From: a virus
Lineage: Duplodnaviria > Caudoviricetes
Strand: one strand, 5' to 3'
Virus record (IMG/VR): IMGVR_UViG_3300049187_000016
Coordinates: 1 to 39,715 of that record
Length of the DNA stretch: 39,715 bases
This document shows positions 32,149 to 39,715 of the stretch, one piece after another (positions within the stretch are counted from its first letter, which is position 1; each line of letters begins with the position of its first letter). Below the pieces are notes generated by a model, which saw only the letters and a program-made list of their open reading frames with translations, was not told the DNA's origin and searched no databases. The translations under genes were made by a program, and so were the position numbers.

Positions 32149-34137
32149 CTAGAGTTCGGTGATCGTGTAGAAGCCCGGCGGGCTCGAAAGCATGGAGTAC
32201 TCGGCCGCCAGCCAGTCGGCGGACATGGCCTGCATCCGCAGGTAAGCGAAGGCGATGTCGCCGTCGAAATGTTCGCCGTTGGTGCTGTCTTCCGAACCCA
32301 CGGTGAAGGCGGAGTAGCCTGCGTCCTTGGCGGTGATGCCCGCTTGGGAAGCGCGCAAGGTGCCATCGACGTACAAGGAGCGGGTGCTGCCGGAGTAGAT
32401 GAGCGCAGCGCGGTTGAACGCGTTGAGGGCGGTAATGATCGGGGTGCCGGGGGTGAGCCAGGTGTTTGTGTTGTCCCAGGCCTGAATCTGGTAGTTCGGC
32501 GACACGAAACGGTTCACGATTGTTGCTCGATCGTCGATCCCGCCAGAAGAGAAGTCGCGGAAGCTGGCAAGGGCCATCTGGCGGCTGGTCGACCGCGCCG
32601 CGCTTACGCTCATCGTCCACGTCGTGCCGCCGCTCAGGCCGGAGACCTCGAAATAGCCGTTGGAAGTCCCCCAACGACCGCCCCCACCGCCGAAGTCGCT
32701 GTTCATCGGGCGGGAATAGATCATGTAAGAGTTGGCCGAGAGCGGGTCCGCTAGGACCGCGATACCGTCCTTGTAGGCGCATATGCCCTCGTACTGACCC
32801 GGCCCCGGGACACTGGTGCCGTCCACGTCCGAGAACTGGATTGGGCAGTCATTATAGTTGCAGGTGCCGTCGGCTTTGACCCTGACCACCTCATCGCGGG
32901 TATCGTCCACCAGCCAGTAGTGCCCGCGCCAGTACTCGATCCCCTGGATCGCGTCGTTGAAGGACCCCCCGGTGATGGTCAGGGTGATGGCACCATCCGC
33001 CGCGATTGCGCCGGTCGTGAGGTTCAGGGTCCAGCGCCGGATGCTGTTCATGGTGTTCCAGCGGCTCGTCAGCAACCGTTGGGTGTCGGGGTTCCAGCAG
33101 ACCCCGGAAGTGTCCACCTCGGTGGCGGAGATATTGGTTGCCGTGACAAGAGCCAACGTCGTCCGGTCGAAGACCCCAATCGTGCAGATCGTGTCGGTCG
33201 GGAAGTTGTTGATCGGGACGATAAGCCAGTCATTGACGATGCAGGGGTCACAGCAGTGGCCGAGCGCCGCGGTACCGAGGAGCGCTTGCACCTGGCCGCT
33301 CGGGTTCGTGTTGCTCGCGAGGAGCGTCCCTGTCGAACTGAACCGCCGCAGCACGTTGTCATCGACGGTGTAGACGTCTCCCGATACTTCGTGCCAGGCG
33401 ATGCCCTGGTGCGGGTCGGCTGTGAAGGTAAACTCAGGGTTCCCGACGTTCAGGAAGGTGACGCTGTCGCCGATGATGCCGAAGACGCGGCTCGTGGACG
33501 CCCGGTCGTCGTTGCTCTCGCCGCCCACGAAGACCGAGGCATAGTCTGACCAGACAGCCGCCGAACCATAGGTGGCACCGCGGGCTTCGCGCACGAAGGA
33601 CGTGGATTCCTTCTTGATGATGAAGCTCGCCCCGCCTGCAGCCGTGATCGATGGCACCTTGACCCAGATCGTCCCGTCCTGGGCGTTGTGGTTGAAGGTG
33701 ACGATGTCCATCGGCAACTGCGGCCCGCCCGGGTATTCGTAGGCCCGCAGGTTGCCGCCATCCTTGTTCGTCCCGGACCAGAAGGAACTGGGCATCATGC
33801 TCAGGTCGACCATGACGGGGAAGTTCGTCAGGGTGGATGCGACCTCGCCCGGACCTATGGTGACCTGGTATTGCGTGGCGCTCAGGCCCGGAGTGAACAC
33901 ATCGTCGGCGAAGCTGATCGCCAGCCTGCCGTCCTTCTCATAGGCTACCGCATACCAGTAGGAGGTGCCGGGGGCCGCTGTCGTGTCGTCGTAGGTGACA
34001 GCGTCCGCTGGAAGGGTTGCCAGGACCGCCGGCAGCGTGCTGGCGTCGAAAGCCGCGGTCGCGCGGTAGATGCGGACCTCGTCTTCCTGTTGTGCCCCCG
34101 CATTGGGATCGGTCCAAGTCAGGCGAACGGTTGGCAT
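32149..34137 (-). CDS. Receptor-binding/tail fibre protein
   Basis: Last tail gene. N-terminal FN3-like segment (VRLTWTDPN...IYR...YDDT...YWY.V), DUF2341-like block (LTNFPV.VDL...GNLR...IWVKVP), beta-propeller-like middle, LamG/ConA-like C-terminus (LYVDG...FDGDIA...SADW). Confidence 0.75.
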   Translation of the reverse strand: MPTVRLTWTDPNAGAQQEDEVRIYRATAAFDASTLPAVLATLPADAVTYDDTTAAPGTSYWYAVAYEKDGRLAISFADDVFTPGLSATQYQVTIGPGEVASTLTNFPVMVDLSMMPSSFWSGTNKDGGNLRAYEYPGGPQLPMDIVTFNHNAQDGTIWVKVPSITAAGGASFIIKKESTSFVREARGATYGSAAVWSDYASVFVGGESNDDRASTSRVFGIIGDSVTFLNVGNPEFTFTADPHQGIAWHEVSGDVYTVDDNVLRRFSSTGTLLASNTNPSGQVQALLGTAALGHCCDPCIVNDWLIVPINNFPTDTICTIGVFDRTTLALVTATNISATEVDTSGVCWNPDTQRLLTSRWNTMNSIRRWTLNLTTGAIAADGAITLTITGGSFNDAIQGIEYWRGHYWLVDDTRDEVVRVKADGTCNYNDCPIQFSDVDGTSVPGPGQYEGICAYKDGIAVLADPLSANSYMIYSRPMNSDFGGGGGRWGTSNGYFEVSGLSGGTTWTMSVSAARSTSRQMALASFRDFSSGGIDDRATIVNRFVSPNYQIQAWDNTNTWLTPGTPIITALNAFNRAALIYSGSTRSLYVDGTLRASQAGITAKDAGYSAFTVGSEDSTNGEHFDGDIAFAYLRMQAMSADWLAAEYSMLSSPPGFYTITEL

Positions 34138-36965
34138 CAAAGCACCTCTACAAGCAGGTCGCCGGGCGGAAGCAGCTGCAGAATGGAGATGCTCGGTCGC
34201 TGCCAGCTTTCATAGCCATCCCGCACCGAGGCGACCGAGAACCGCACGCGCACGGTCCCGGTCGGCAGCACCGTGGCATCGTCCCAGTCATAGGTGGTGA
34301 CCCCGCCAACGTTGGTGTCGGTCACGGTCGCAAGCACTGCCCCGGTCCCGTCCAGTGCCTCGGCGATCACCCGGTAAGTCGTACCGCCCTCGGGCCCGAT
34401 TCCAGTGTCGTCGTGGTCCTCGGGGATCAGCGTGGTCTGCAGCGTCCGGTCGCGATGGGCCCAGGTCAGGACCACGTTGGTGGTGAACTGGTCCTGCGCA
34501 TAGCTGCCGTTGATTTTGAACTGGCCTGGGGGATAGGGGCGGATCGCGCGGCTGTCGAAGGTCACGCTGTCGACCGGGGCCGAGTAGAGGGACAGCCGGG
34601 TTTCGTTCAGGTTGGTGAGAAGCTTCACGTCCACGGTGTCGGCGGCGACATACTGCGTCTCGAGCGGGTCGGCATCCTGCAGGAAGATGATCCGCGCGCC
34701 TGTGGCATGCGCGGCCGGCACCGTGTCCAGGCATCCGCGGCCTATGGTGATATCCACGTTCGCCCCGTTGTCCGCCATGCTGTCGACGCGGACGATTTCG
34801 GAACCGATCAGCGCCAGGCTGTTTGCTGTGATGCCGGAAAGGTCGGTCGACGCCTCGACGGTCACCACCGTTCCGTCGGCCTCGGTCGTCAGTGCCGAGA
34901 GCGTCAGAACCGACCGGGCGAAGTTCACATCGCCTTCGTCTTCATACCCGGCGCCCGCGTCGACCGCCGTGGTGATGTTGAAGTGCGCCTCGGTGGGCTT
35001 GGTGCCCGCGACCAGGAGAACGCCGATATCCGGGTCGGTCGCCAGCGCGTCGTCCACGTCGGCCTGCGTCTGGTCGAGCACCATCAGGTAGTACGGCGCT
35101 TCCTGAACCACGCGATTGGGACAGGTTTGCGCGCGGGCCTGCGCGGGCGTCTCTGGCTCCGCATTGGGGTCGGTGGCGTCGGTGGCGGGCAGCGCGTAGC
35201 GATCTTCGCTGATCTTCACCACGACCGAGTTGTCGCGGCCGTCGCCCTCCTGCGATTCCATGATCCGCACGACGACGTTGGATATTCCTAGAAGCGGCTC
35301 ATTCAGGATGAAGGGCTCTCCGATTTCCAGCTCGGGCGGCAGGTATGCGAGGCGCAGCGTTCCAGAGAGGAGCGGCCGGTCCTGCACCGACAGATCGCGC
35401 AGGCACAGGCGGGTGGCCAAGCCGGTGGTGGTGCAGAAGGGATATTCCACCGGCTCGCTGGGGATGATCCGGCCCGCTCGGCGGACACCGGCGGTGTTGG
35501 TCCGCGTGACGCTGGCCGGTTCTCCGTTCTCGCGCTTGGTGTAGATCACCGTCAGCTGGTTCGGCGTTTCGCTCCGCATGGCGCGCTCGAGGCCCGACCA
35601 CTCCAGCACGATGGACGAATCCAGGACCGGCAGATCGGCCGGCACATAGTCGTTGCGGATCGGCTTCAGCTCGATCTTGCCAGTGCGGCGGCTGCGGTAG
35701 CTGATCGCGTCAACGTGCCGCTCGACCTCCAGCCGATCGGACTCCACCAGGTCAGCGCCCCGGAACGGCACAGAAAGGCCGAACTCCTCGGCATAGAAGA
35801 GGTCAGCCGCCTCGGCGAAGCTGTCGCCGATCTCGCTTTCGTCCGCGACACCGCCGCGCATCGGGTCGGTCCAGAGGCACCGGATGATGTGCGCCGGGTT
35901 CATGTCGACCCAAGTCAGGAACGCGCCCGTAAAGGCGACCCGCAGCGCATCCGAGTCTGTCCCGCTGATCACTGGAATGCCGTCGGCCGGCGTGTTGTCC
36001 AACTGCGCGGTGTAGGTCGTGTCGGCGAGGTCGATGTTGAAGCAGAAGACTTCCACGCCAGAGATCGACGCCAATTCAGCGGCAGCGGGGGCCACCGAGT
36101 CCACGTCTGGCACCCCGTCCGAGGTGAAGATGACCACCTTCCGCCGCGACTCCTTCTTTGATGCGCCGACGAAGAGCGTGGACAGGTTCAAGAGGCTGTC
36201 CGCGACGGAATCCCCGAAGAGATCGCGGGTGATGGAGGTGTCGCCGTTGAAGAACGTGGCGGCCGAGTTGACGGCAAGATCCCAGTCACCGCCGAAGCTC
36301 AGCGTGGTGTATGCTTCCAGCCAGAGCGCGATGTCCTCGTAGTCATCGTCGTCGCAGTCGAACCGCTCGATAGATCCGTTGATCACGCCACTGAAGGCGA
36401 CGATGCGGACACTGTTTACCGAGCCCTTCAATCCGCGAATGAACGCGGCCAGCGCGGCCTTCTGCGTGGCGAGACGGTCGCCCGCCATCGACAGCGATGT
36501 GTCCATCGCGATGAAGATGGAAGCCCCGCCGCCGGCCATCTGAGGGCCGATCAGAGCGGTGCCAGTCTCCCAGCCGCGGTGGATGCCTGCGGTGTTGACC
36601 AGCTTGAACTCCATCGACGGCAGGCGGGCGCTGTTGGCGCCGATGTTCGGCCGCCGCCAGACCATCGAGACAACCCCGCGATAGGCCGAGGCAATGGAGC
36701 CGAGTTTCGACGCAAGGTAGTCGTTGATCGGCTGGGCGTTGTTGCCGTCCAGGAGGTCGAAGGAGCCGCTGAAGCCGCCCTCGCGCTTCGTGCCGCCGAA
36801 GAGGTCGGGCTTGTGCACGTTGCTGCGCCCGGCCTTCAGCATCCCGCGCCAAGCTTCCTTAGAGGCCATCTTGATCGCGAGAAGGCCGTCGATCTGGCGG
36901 GCGAGGACCAGATGGAGGCCGAGGTAGTAGTTGTGGCCGATCGTCTGTTTCTTGCGGCTACCCAT
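34137..36965 (-). CDS. Central tail tip/hub protein with inserted VWA domain
   Basis: MGSRKKQTIG..YYLGLH...KPDLFGG.KREGG...AYRG; MIDAS DTSLS and IFTSDG; DMNPAHII; RGCLDTVP..H..G; RPYPPG...W.HRDR. Confidence 0.85.
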   Translation of the reverse strand: MGSRKKQTIGHNYYLGLHLVLARQIDGLLAIKMASKEAWRGMLKAGRSNVHKPDLFGGTKREGGFSGSFDLLDGNNAQPINDYLASKLGSIASAYRGVVSMVWRRPNIGANSARLPSMEFKLVNTAGIHRGWETGTALIGPQMAGGGASIFIAMDTSLSMAGDRLATQKAALAAFIRGLKGSVNSVRIVAFSGVINGSIERFDCDDDDYEDIALWLEAYTTLSFGGDWDLAVNSAATFFNGDTSITRDLFGDSVADSLLNLSTLFVGASKKESRRKVVIFTSDGVPDVDSVAPAAAELASISGVEVFCFNIDLADTTYTAQLDNTPADGIPVISGTDSDALRVAFTGAFLTWVDMNPAHIIRCLWTDPMRGGVADESEIGDSFAEAADLFYAEEFGLSVPFRGADLVESDRLEVERHVDAISYRSRRTGKIELKPIRNDYVPADLPVLDSSIVLEWSGLERAMRSETPNQLTVIYTKRENGEPASVTRTNTAGVRRAGRIIPSEPVEYPFCTTTGLATRLCLRDLSVQDRPLLSGTLRLAYLPPELEIGEPFILNEPLLGISNVVVRIMESQEGDGRDNSVVVKISEDRYALPATDATDPNAEPETPAQARAQTCPNRVVQEAPYYLMVLDQTQADVDDALATDPDIGVLLVAGTKPTEAHFNITTAVDAGAGYEDEGDVNFARSVLTLSALTTEADGTVVTVEASTDLSGITANSLALIGSEIVRVDSMADNGANVDITIGRGCLDTVPAAHATGARIIFLQDADPLETQYVAADTVDVKLLTNLNETRLSLYSAPVDSVTFDSRAIRPYPPGQFKINGSYAQDQFTTNVVLTWAHRDRTLQTTLIPEDHDDTGIGPEGGTTYRVIAEALDGTGAVLATVTDTNVGGVTTYDWDDATVLPTGTVRVRFSVASVRDGYESWQRPSISILQLLPPGDLLVEVL

Positions 36966-37170
36966 TCGCAGCCTCCCGGGCCTTGGCGACTGCTTCCAAC
37001 CGGTCGATCAGGTCCATGTGCTGGCCCGGGGCGCGGAGCTCGTCGGCGTCCATGCCCTCGCGCTTGAACCGCTCCCAATCCAGCCCGAACCGGCGGAAGA
37101 AGAGGTCGCGCGCCCGGTCGCACACCCGCGTGGTGGGGTGGCGGAAGTCCTGGTGAATGATGCGGGTCAT
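36958..37170 (-). CDS. Small tail-tip assembly protein
   Basis: C...R..FF.RFGLDW.RF.REG.DADEL motif seen in BR0599-type tail modules. Confidence 0.7.
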   Translation of the reverse strand: MTRIIHQDFRHPTTRVCDRARDLFFRRFGLDWERFKREGMDADELRAPGQHMDLIDRLEAVAKAREAANG

Positions 37171-37397
37171 TTCTTCTTCTGCTTCTGGCGGATGGGCTGG
37201 CTTCTGAAATCGCCGTACCAGGCGACGTGTGGGTCTTTCCGCCAGACGGTCCCGGCAAAATCGAAGATGCGGGCGCCCTCGTCCGCGCGCGGGATGCTGA
37301 AGTCGGACAGGTTTGAGGCCTTCGGACCGGGTGGAGGCTTCACGAAGAGCGAGGCCGCGAGGTTGAAGACGATGCCGAGGACCAGACGCCAGAACAT
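37167..37397 (-). CDS. Small tail-tip protein
   Basis: DFSIPRADEG..I...GTVW...V.WYGD...PI...KKK. Confidence 0.75.
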   Translation of the reverse strand: MFWRLVLGIVFNLAASLFVKPPPGPKASNLSDFSIPRADEGARIFDFAGTVWRKDPHVAWYGDFRSQPIRQKQKKK

Positions 37398-38248
37398 TAC
37401 CCAAGCGCCCTTCCGTCAAACGGGGTCTCGGTCATGAACCAGAAGCCCCCGAAGTTTGCGATGTTGCTGAACGCGGCACAGTTCGTCGGCGTCAGGTTGC
37501 AGCCCGGGACCAGATCGGCGTCCTCAGGCACAACGGCGGCCAAGCCCACCGGCACCGCCTCAAGCGTCAATGCGTTGCCCTCATGGCTCTGGACGAAGTA
37601 CTCGCTGCCGCCCCAGAAGAGGATGCCAGCGGTGAAGGTGCCGTCGGGCTGCAGCGCGGCCGCGGGCACCGTGACAACCCGGCCCGACACCGCCGTGATG
37701 CTGACCGCCTGCTTCCAGTCGTCCACGTCCAGCCGACAGCCGCCGCCGTCATCGGTGGTGAAGTAGTGAGCATGCCGGCAAAGGCGCTGCATAACCTGGG
37801 CCACGCTCGACCGCGACATGGCGGTGAAGCCTTCCTCGCAGATCAGCGCCACCGCCAGGATTCCCGGCTGAATGCTGACCACCCGGCCCGTGAACTTCAG
37901 CGCGTATTCCTCGTCCGGGTCGCCGTCGAAGGTCTGCCAGATGGTGACCGCGATGTCGCCTTGGCCGTCGTAAGCAAGGATGGCTTGGGCGATGGCGCCG
38001 GTGGTGGGCAGGCTGATCTTGACCTCGGCGCGCTCGGCCTGCGTCGTCTGCGTCACGCCGCCGTTCAGGATGGCCGTGGACGTCCATGTGGTGCTGGAGA
38101 CGAAGGTCGCGTCCGGCTTGCCGGTGCTGGAGATGTAATCCCGGCCACGGCTCGTGATGTGGTAGGTCGCCACGCCAGGAATGACGATGCGGTAGAGCCA
38201 CGCGGCGCGCTTGCCGAAGATCTGGCCGAGGTAGTCGGAGAAACCCAT
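37397..38248 (-). CDS. BR0599/DUF2163-family tail protein
   Basis: QRLCRHAHY...GC and C-terminal PGC......C..F.N..NFGGF Cys motif (gpL-like). Confidence 0.85.
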   Translation of the reverse strand: MGFSDYLGQIFGKRAAWLYRIVIPGVATYHITSRGRDYISSTGKPDATFVSSTTWTSTAILNGGVTQTTQAERAEVKISLPTTGAIAQAILAYDGQGDIAVTIWQTFDGDPDEEYALKFTGRVVSIQPGILAVALICEEGFTAMSRSSVAQVMQRLCRHAHYFTTDDGGGCRLDVDDWKQAVSITAVSGRVVTVPAAALQPDGTFTAGILFWGGSEYFVQSHEGNALTLEAVPVGLAAVVPEDADLVPGCNLTPTNCAAFSNIANFGGFWFMTETPFDGRALG

Positions 38249-39384
38249 CAGGGGACCTCGATCACGGGGGCGCTGCAGGTGGCGGCCAGCCCGCCCGCGG
38301 CGAACTGGTAGCCGAGTTCAATCTGGTCGGTGTCGAGGCGGCTCTTGACCGTCAGGCTGACGATGGCCGCCGTGCTGAAGGCGACCCCGGGCGCGTCGAT
38401 GGACAGCGCCTGGTTGGCCCCGACCGTGCTTGCCCCGGCCACCTGGCGCGTGACGACGTTCGCGCCCTCGCGGATGGTGATCCGCCGCCCGATCATCGCC
38501 GCATTGGCCGCACAGGGCCGCACGGTGATGCTGAGGGCCCCGGAGGCCACGCTGCTGACTAGAGGCAGGTCATTCTGCCCCGTGGGCAGCCAGAAGGCCC
38601 CGTCGCGGCCCCGGAGGTAGTGCAGGAAGCCCCGGCGCTGCCAGCGGGCCGCGTGGCCCTTGTCGTACCAGCTAACGAGGCCCCTGCGGCGCGTATACGT
38701 TTCCACCTGCTGTAGAGCATAAGCGCCGAAGCCAGAGGCGAAGAGGTCGGACGCTTGGTTGAGCGACCCCGGCAGGGGCTGGAACGGCACCCGGCCATCG
38801 GTGACCACCGGCAGGTCCGCATGGGTCGGGTAGGGGTTGGCGGCAAGGTCCACCGGCTCGATCGCCATGAACCGCGCGGTGAGGCCCTGCACCGGGAAGA
38901 CCGACTGAAACTCGATCCCGCCCGGGGCGATGCACAGGATCATTGGCGCGACGATCACGGGGCGGCCCGGCGTCCCGGTGTAGGTCGCCGCCAGCCCGTC
39001 CACGAGGGTGATGTCGCTCGCGCCGATGCTGGCGACCTCACCCTCTTCCCAAGAGGCGTCGTCCAGCCCGATATAGACCGGCTGACCGACCTGGTAGGCC
39101 GCTGGGACGGCCACCGGGATCACCGTGGTCGCCGCCGCCAGCGTCCCCGTGCTGACCGTGGCATTGGGCCACTCCGGCACCAGCCATTGCCCGAGTGCGT
39201 TCGCGCGCACCGCCTCGATCATGGCCTCGGCCCGGGTGGTGAGGAGCGTGTGCGACAGGTCGAAGAACTGCGTCGCGTCCTTCAGGCTGTCCCGCCATTC
39301 GCCCGCCCGCGCCATGCGCACGTCGGTTTCAAACTCCAGCGTCTCGCCGATCGCCTGCGGCTTCCACCGCCAGACCTCAGCCAT
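38248..39384 (-). CDS. Distal/minor tail protein
   Basis: W.W.P...ETLEF.TDV; L.GR...FWLP; RLDTD.IE motifs; follows the tape measure. Confidence 0.75.
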   Translation of the reverse strand: MAEVWRWKPQAIGETLEFETDVRMARAGEWRDSLKDATQFFDLSHTLLTTRAEAMIEAVRANALGQWLVPEWPNATVSTGTLAAATTVIPVAVPAAYQVGQPVYIGLDDASWEEGEVASIGASDITLVDGLAATYTGTPGRPVIVAPMILCIAPGGIEFQSVFPVQGLTARFMAIEPVDLAANPYPTHADLPVVTDGRVPFQPLPGSLNQASDLFASGFGAYALQQVETYTRRRGLVSWYDKGHAARWQRRGFLHYLRGRDGAFWLPTGQNDLPLVSSVASGALSITVRPCAANAAMIGRRITIREGANVVTRQVAGASTVGANQALSIDAPGVAFSTAAIVSLTVKSRLDTDQIELGYQFAAGGLAATCSAPVIEVP

Positions 39385-39693
39385 TGCCCATCCGCCGCCG
39401 CTGCCACGCCGCCGTGCGCTCGCCCTCAGGGCTGCGCTGCCAGGCGTCGATCTTCCGGGGGTCGTCCAGCACCACCACCGGCGGCGGGGTGACCGTCACG
39501 CGCGGGGCGGCCGCCATCTGCATGGAAGCGCGCCGGGGGCTGGCGGTCTGCGGCATGGGAACGCCCATCATCTTCGCCGTGGCGGCACCGCCAGTCACGT
39601 CGGCCGGGCCCGACACCAGTGTCGGGCGGGTGACCAGCTTGCCATTGACCAGTTCGGGGCGTTTCTCAGCCACGACGCCGACCTGACCCGCCG
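39377..39693 (-). CDS. Tail tape measure protein, C-terminal part (continuation of 1-1834)
   Basis: (FDAGGHIP)AGQVGVVAEKRPELV...GPADVTG...SPEGER; in frame across the junction (1834+317=2151 nt). Confidence 0.88.
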
Positions 39694-39713
39694 GGATGTG
39701 GCCGCCCGCGTCG
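39694..39713. repeat. Terminal direct repeat (circular assembly overlap), copy 2
   Basis: Identical to 1-20. Confidence 0.95.
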
Positions 39714-39715
39714 GA

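Larger units (their letters stand above)
1..39715. mobile_element. Complete circularly permuted temperate siphophage genome (excised/virion form)
   Basis: Contains packaging, head, tail, lysis, immunity, replication, recombination and integration modules. Has a terminal 20-bp overlap with an in-frame gene across it, an attP with arm repeats on both sides, and no recognisable host genes. Confidence 0.93.

Noticed and set aside
32149-34137. Diversity-generating retroelement or invertible tail-fibre cassette
   Set aside because: No reverse transcriptase, invertase, or duplicated TR/VR segment was seen.
34137-34142. CTT TGA (prfB-like +1 frameshift motif) at the end of the tail-tip gene
   Set aside because: The RBP is in the -1 frame, so a +1 shift would not fuse the genes; the RBP has its own SD (GAGGTG) and ATG.
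1-39715. Gene transfer agent cluster or CRISPR array
   Set aside because: Integrase, attP, repressor and replication genes indicate an autonomous phage; no regularly spaced repeat-spacer array was seen.

Overview
The window is an apparently complete, circularly permuted genome (~39,693 bp once the terminal overlap is collapsed) of a high-GC temperate siphophage. The host is most likely an alphaproteobacterium (Rhodobacteraceae-like; inferred). Bases 1-20 recur at 39694-39713, and the tape-measure reading frame runs in frame across that junction. The layout is lambdoid. A divergent cI/cro switch with 17-bp palindromic operators lies at ~19.3 and ~20.7 kb. A leftward early operon carries a DUF1376/YdaU-like replication protein, resolvase, SprT-like protein, C5-MTase-like protein, TSCPD and HNH genes. 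It leads into the late operon: TerS, TerL, DUF4055-type portal, scaffold, P22-coat-like capsid, neck, tail tube, frameshifted tail chaperones, HNH, tape measure, a BR0599/VWA tail tip, receptor-binding protein and lysis cassette. A rightward operon carries ExoVIII/RecT-like genes, a J-domain-like protein, Lar-like protein, MT-A70 methyltransferase, xis-like gene and tyrosine integrase. It ends at an intact attP with a tRNA-3'-end core. The most interesting items are: a lower-GC two-gene moron (membrane-anchored GDPD-like enzyme plus a TM/coiled-coil protein) apparently inserted into a micro-ORF; a possible FN3 domain split between the tail-tip protein and the RBP; twin AGTGGT-loop hairpins in both early operons; two lipoproteins downstream of cI; and SprT and J-domain proteins with degenerate key motifs. 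All family calls come from motif recognition and synteny; no database search was run.
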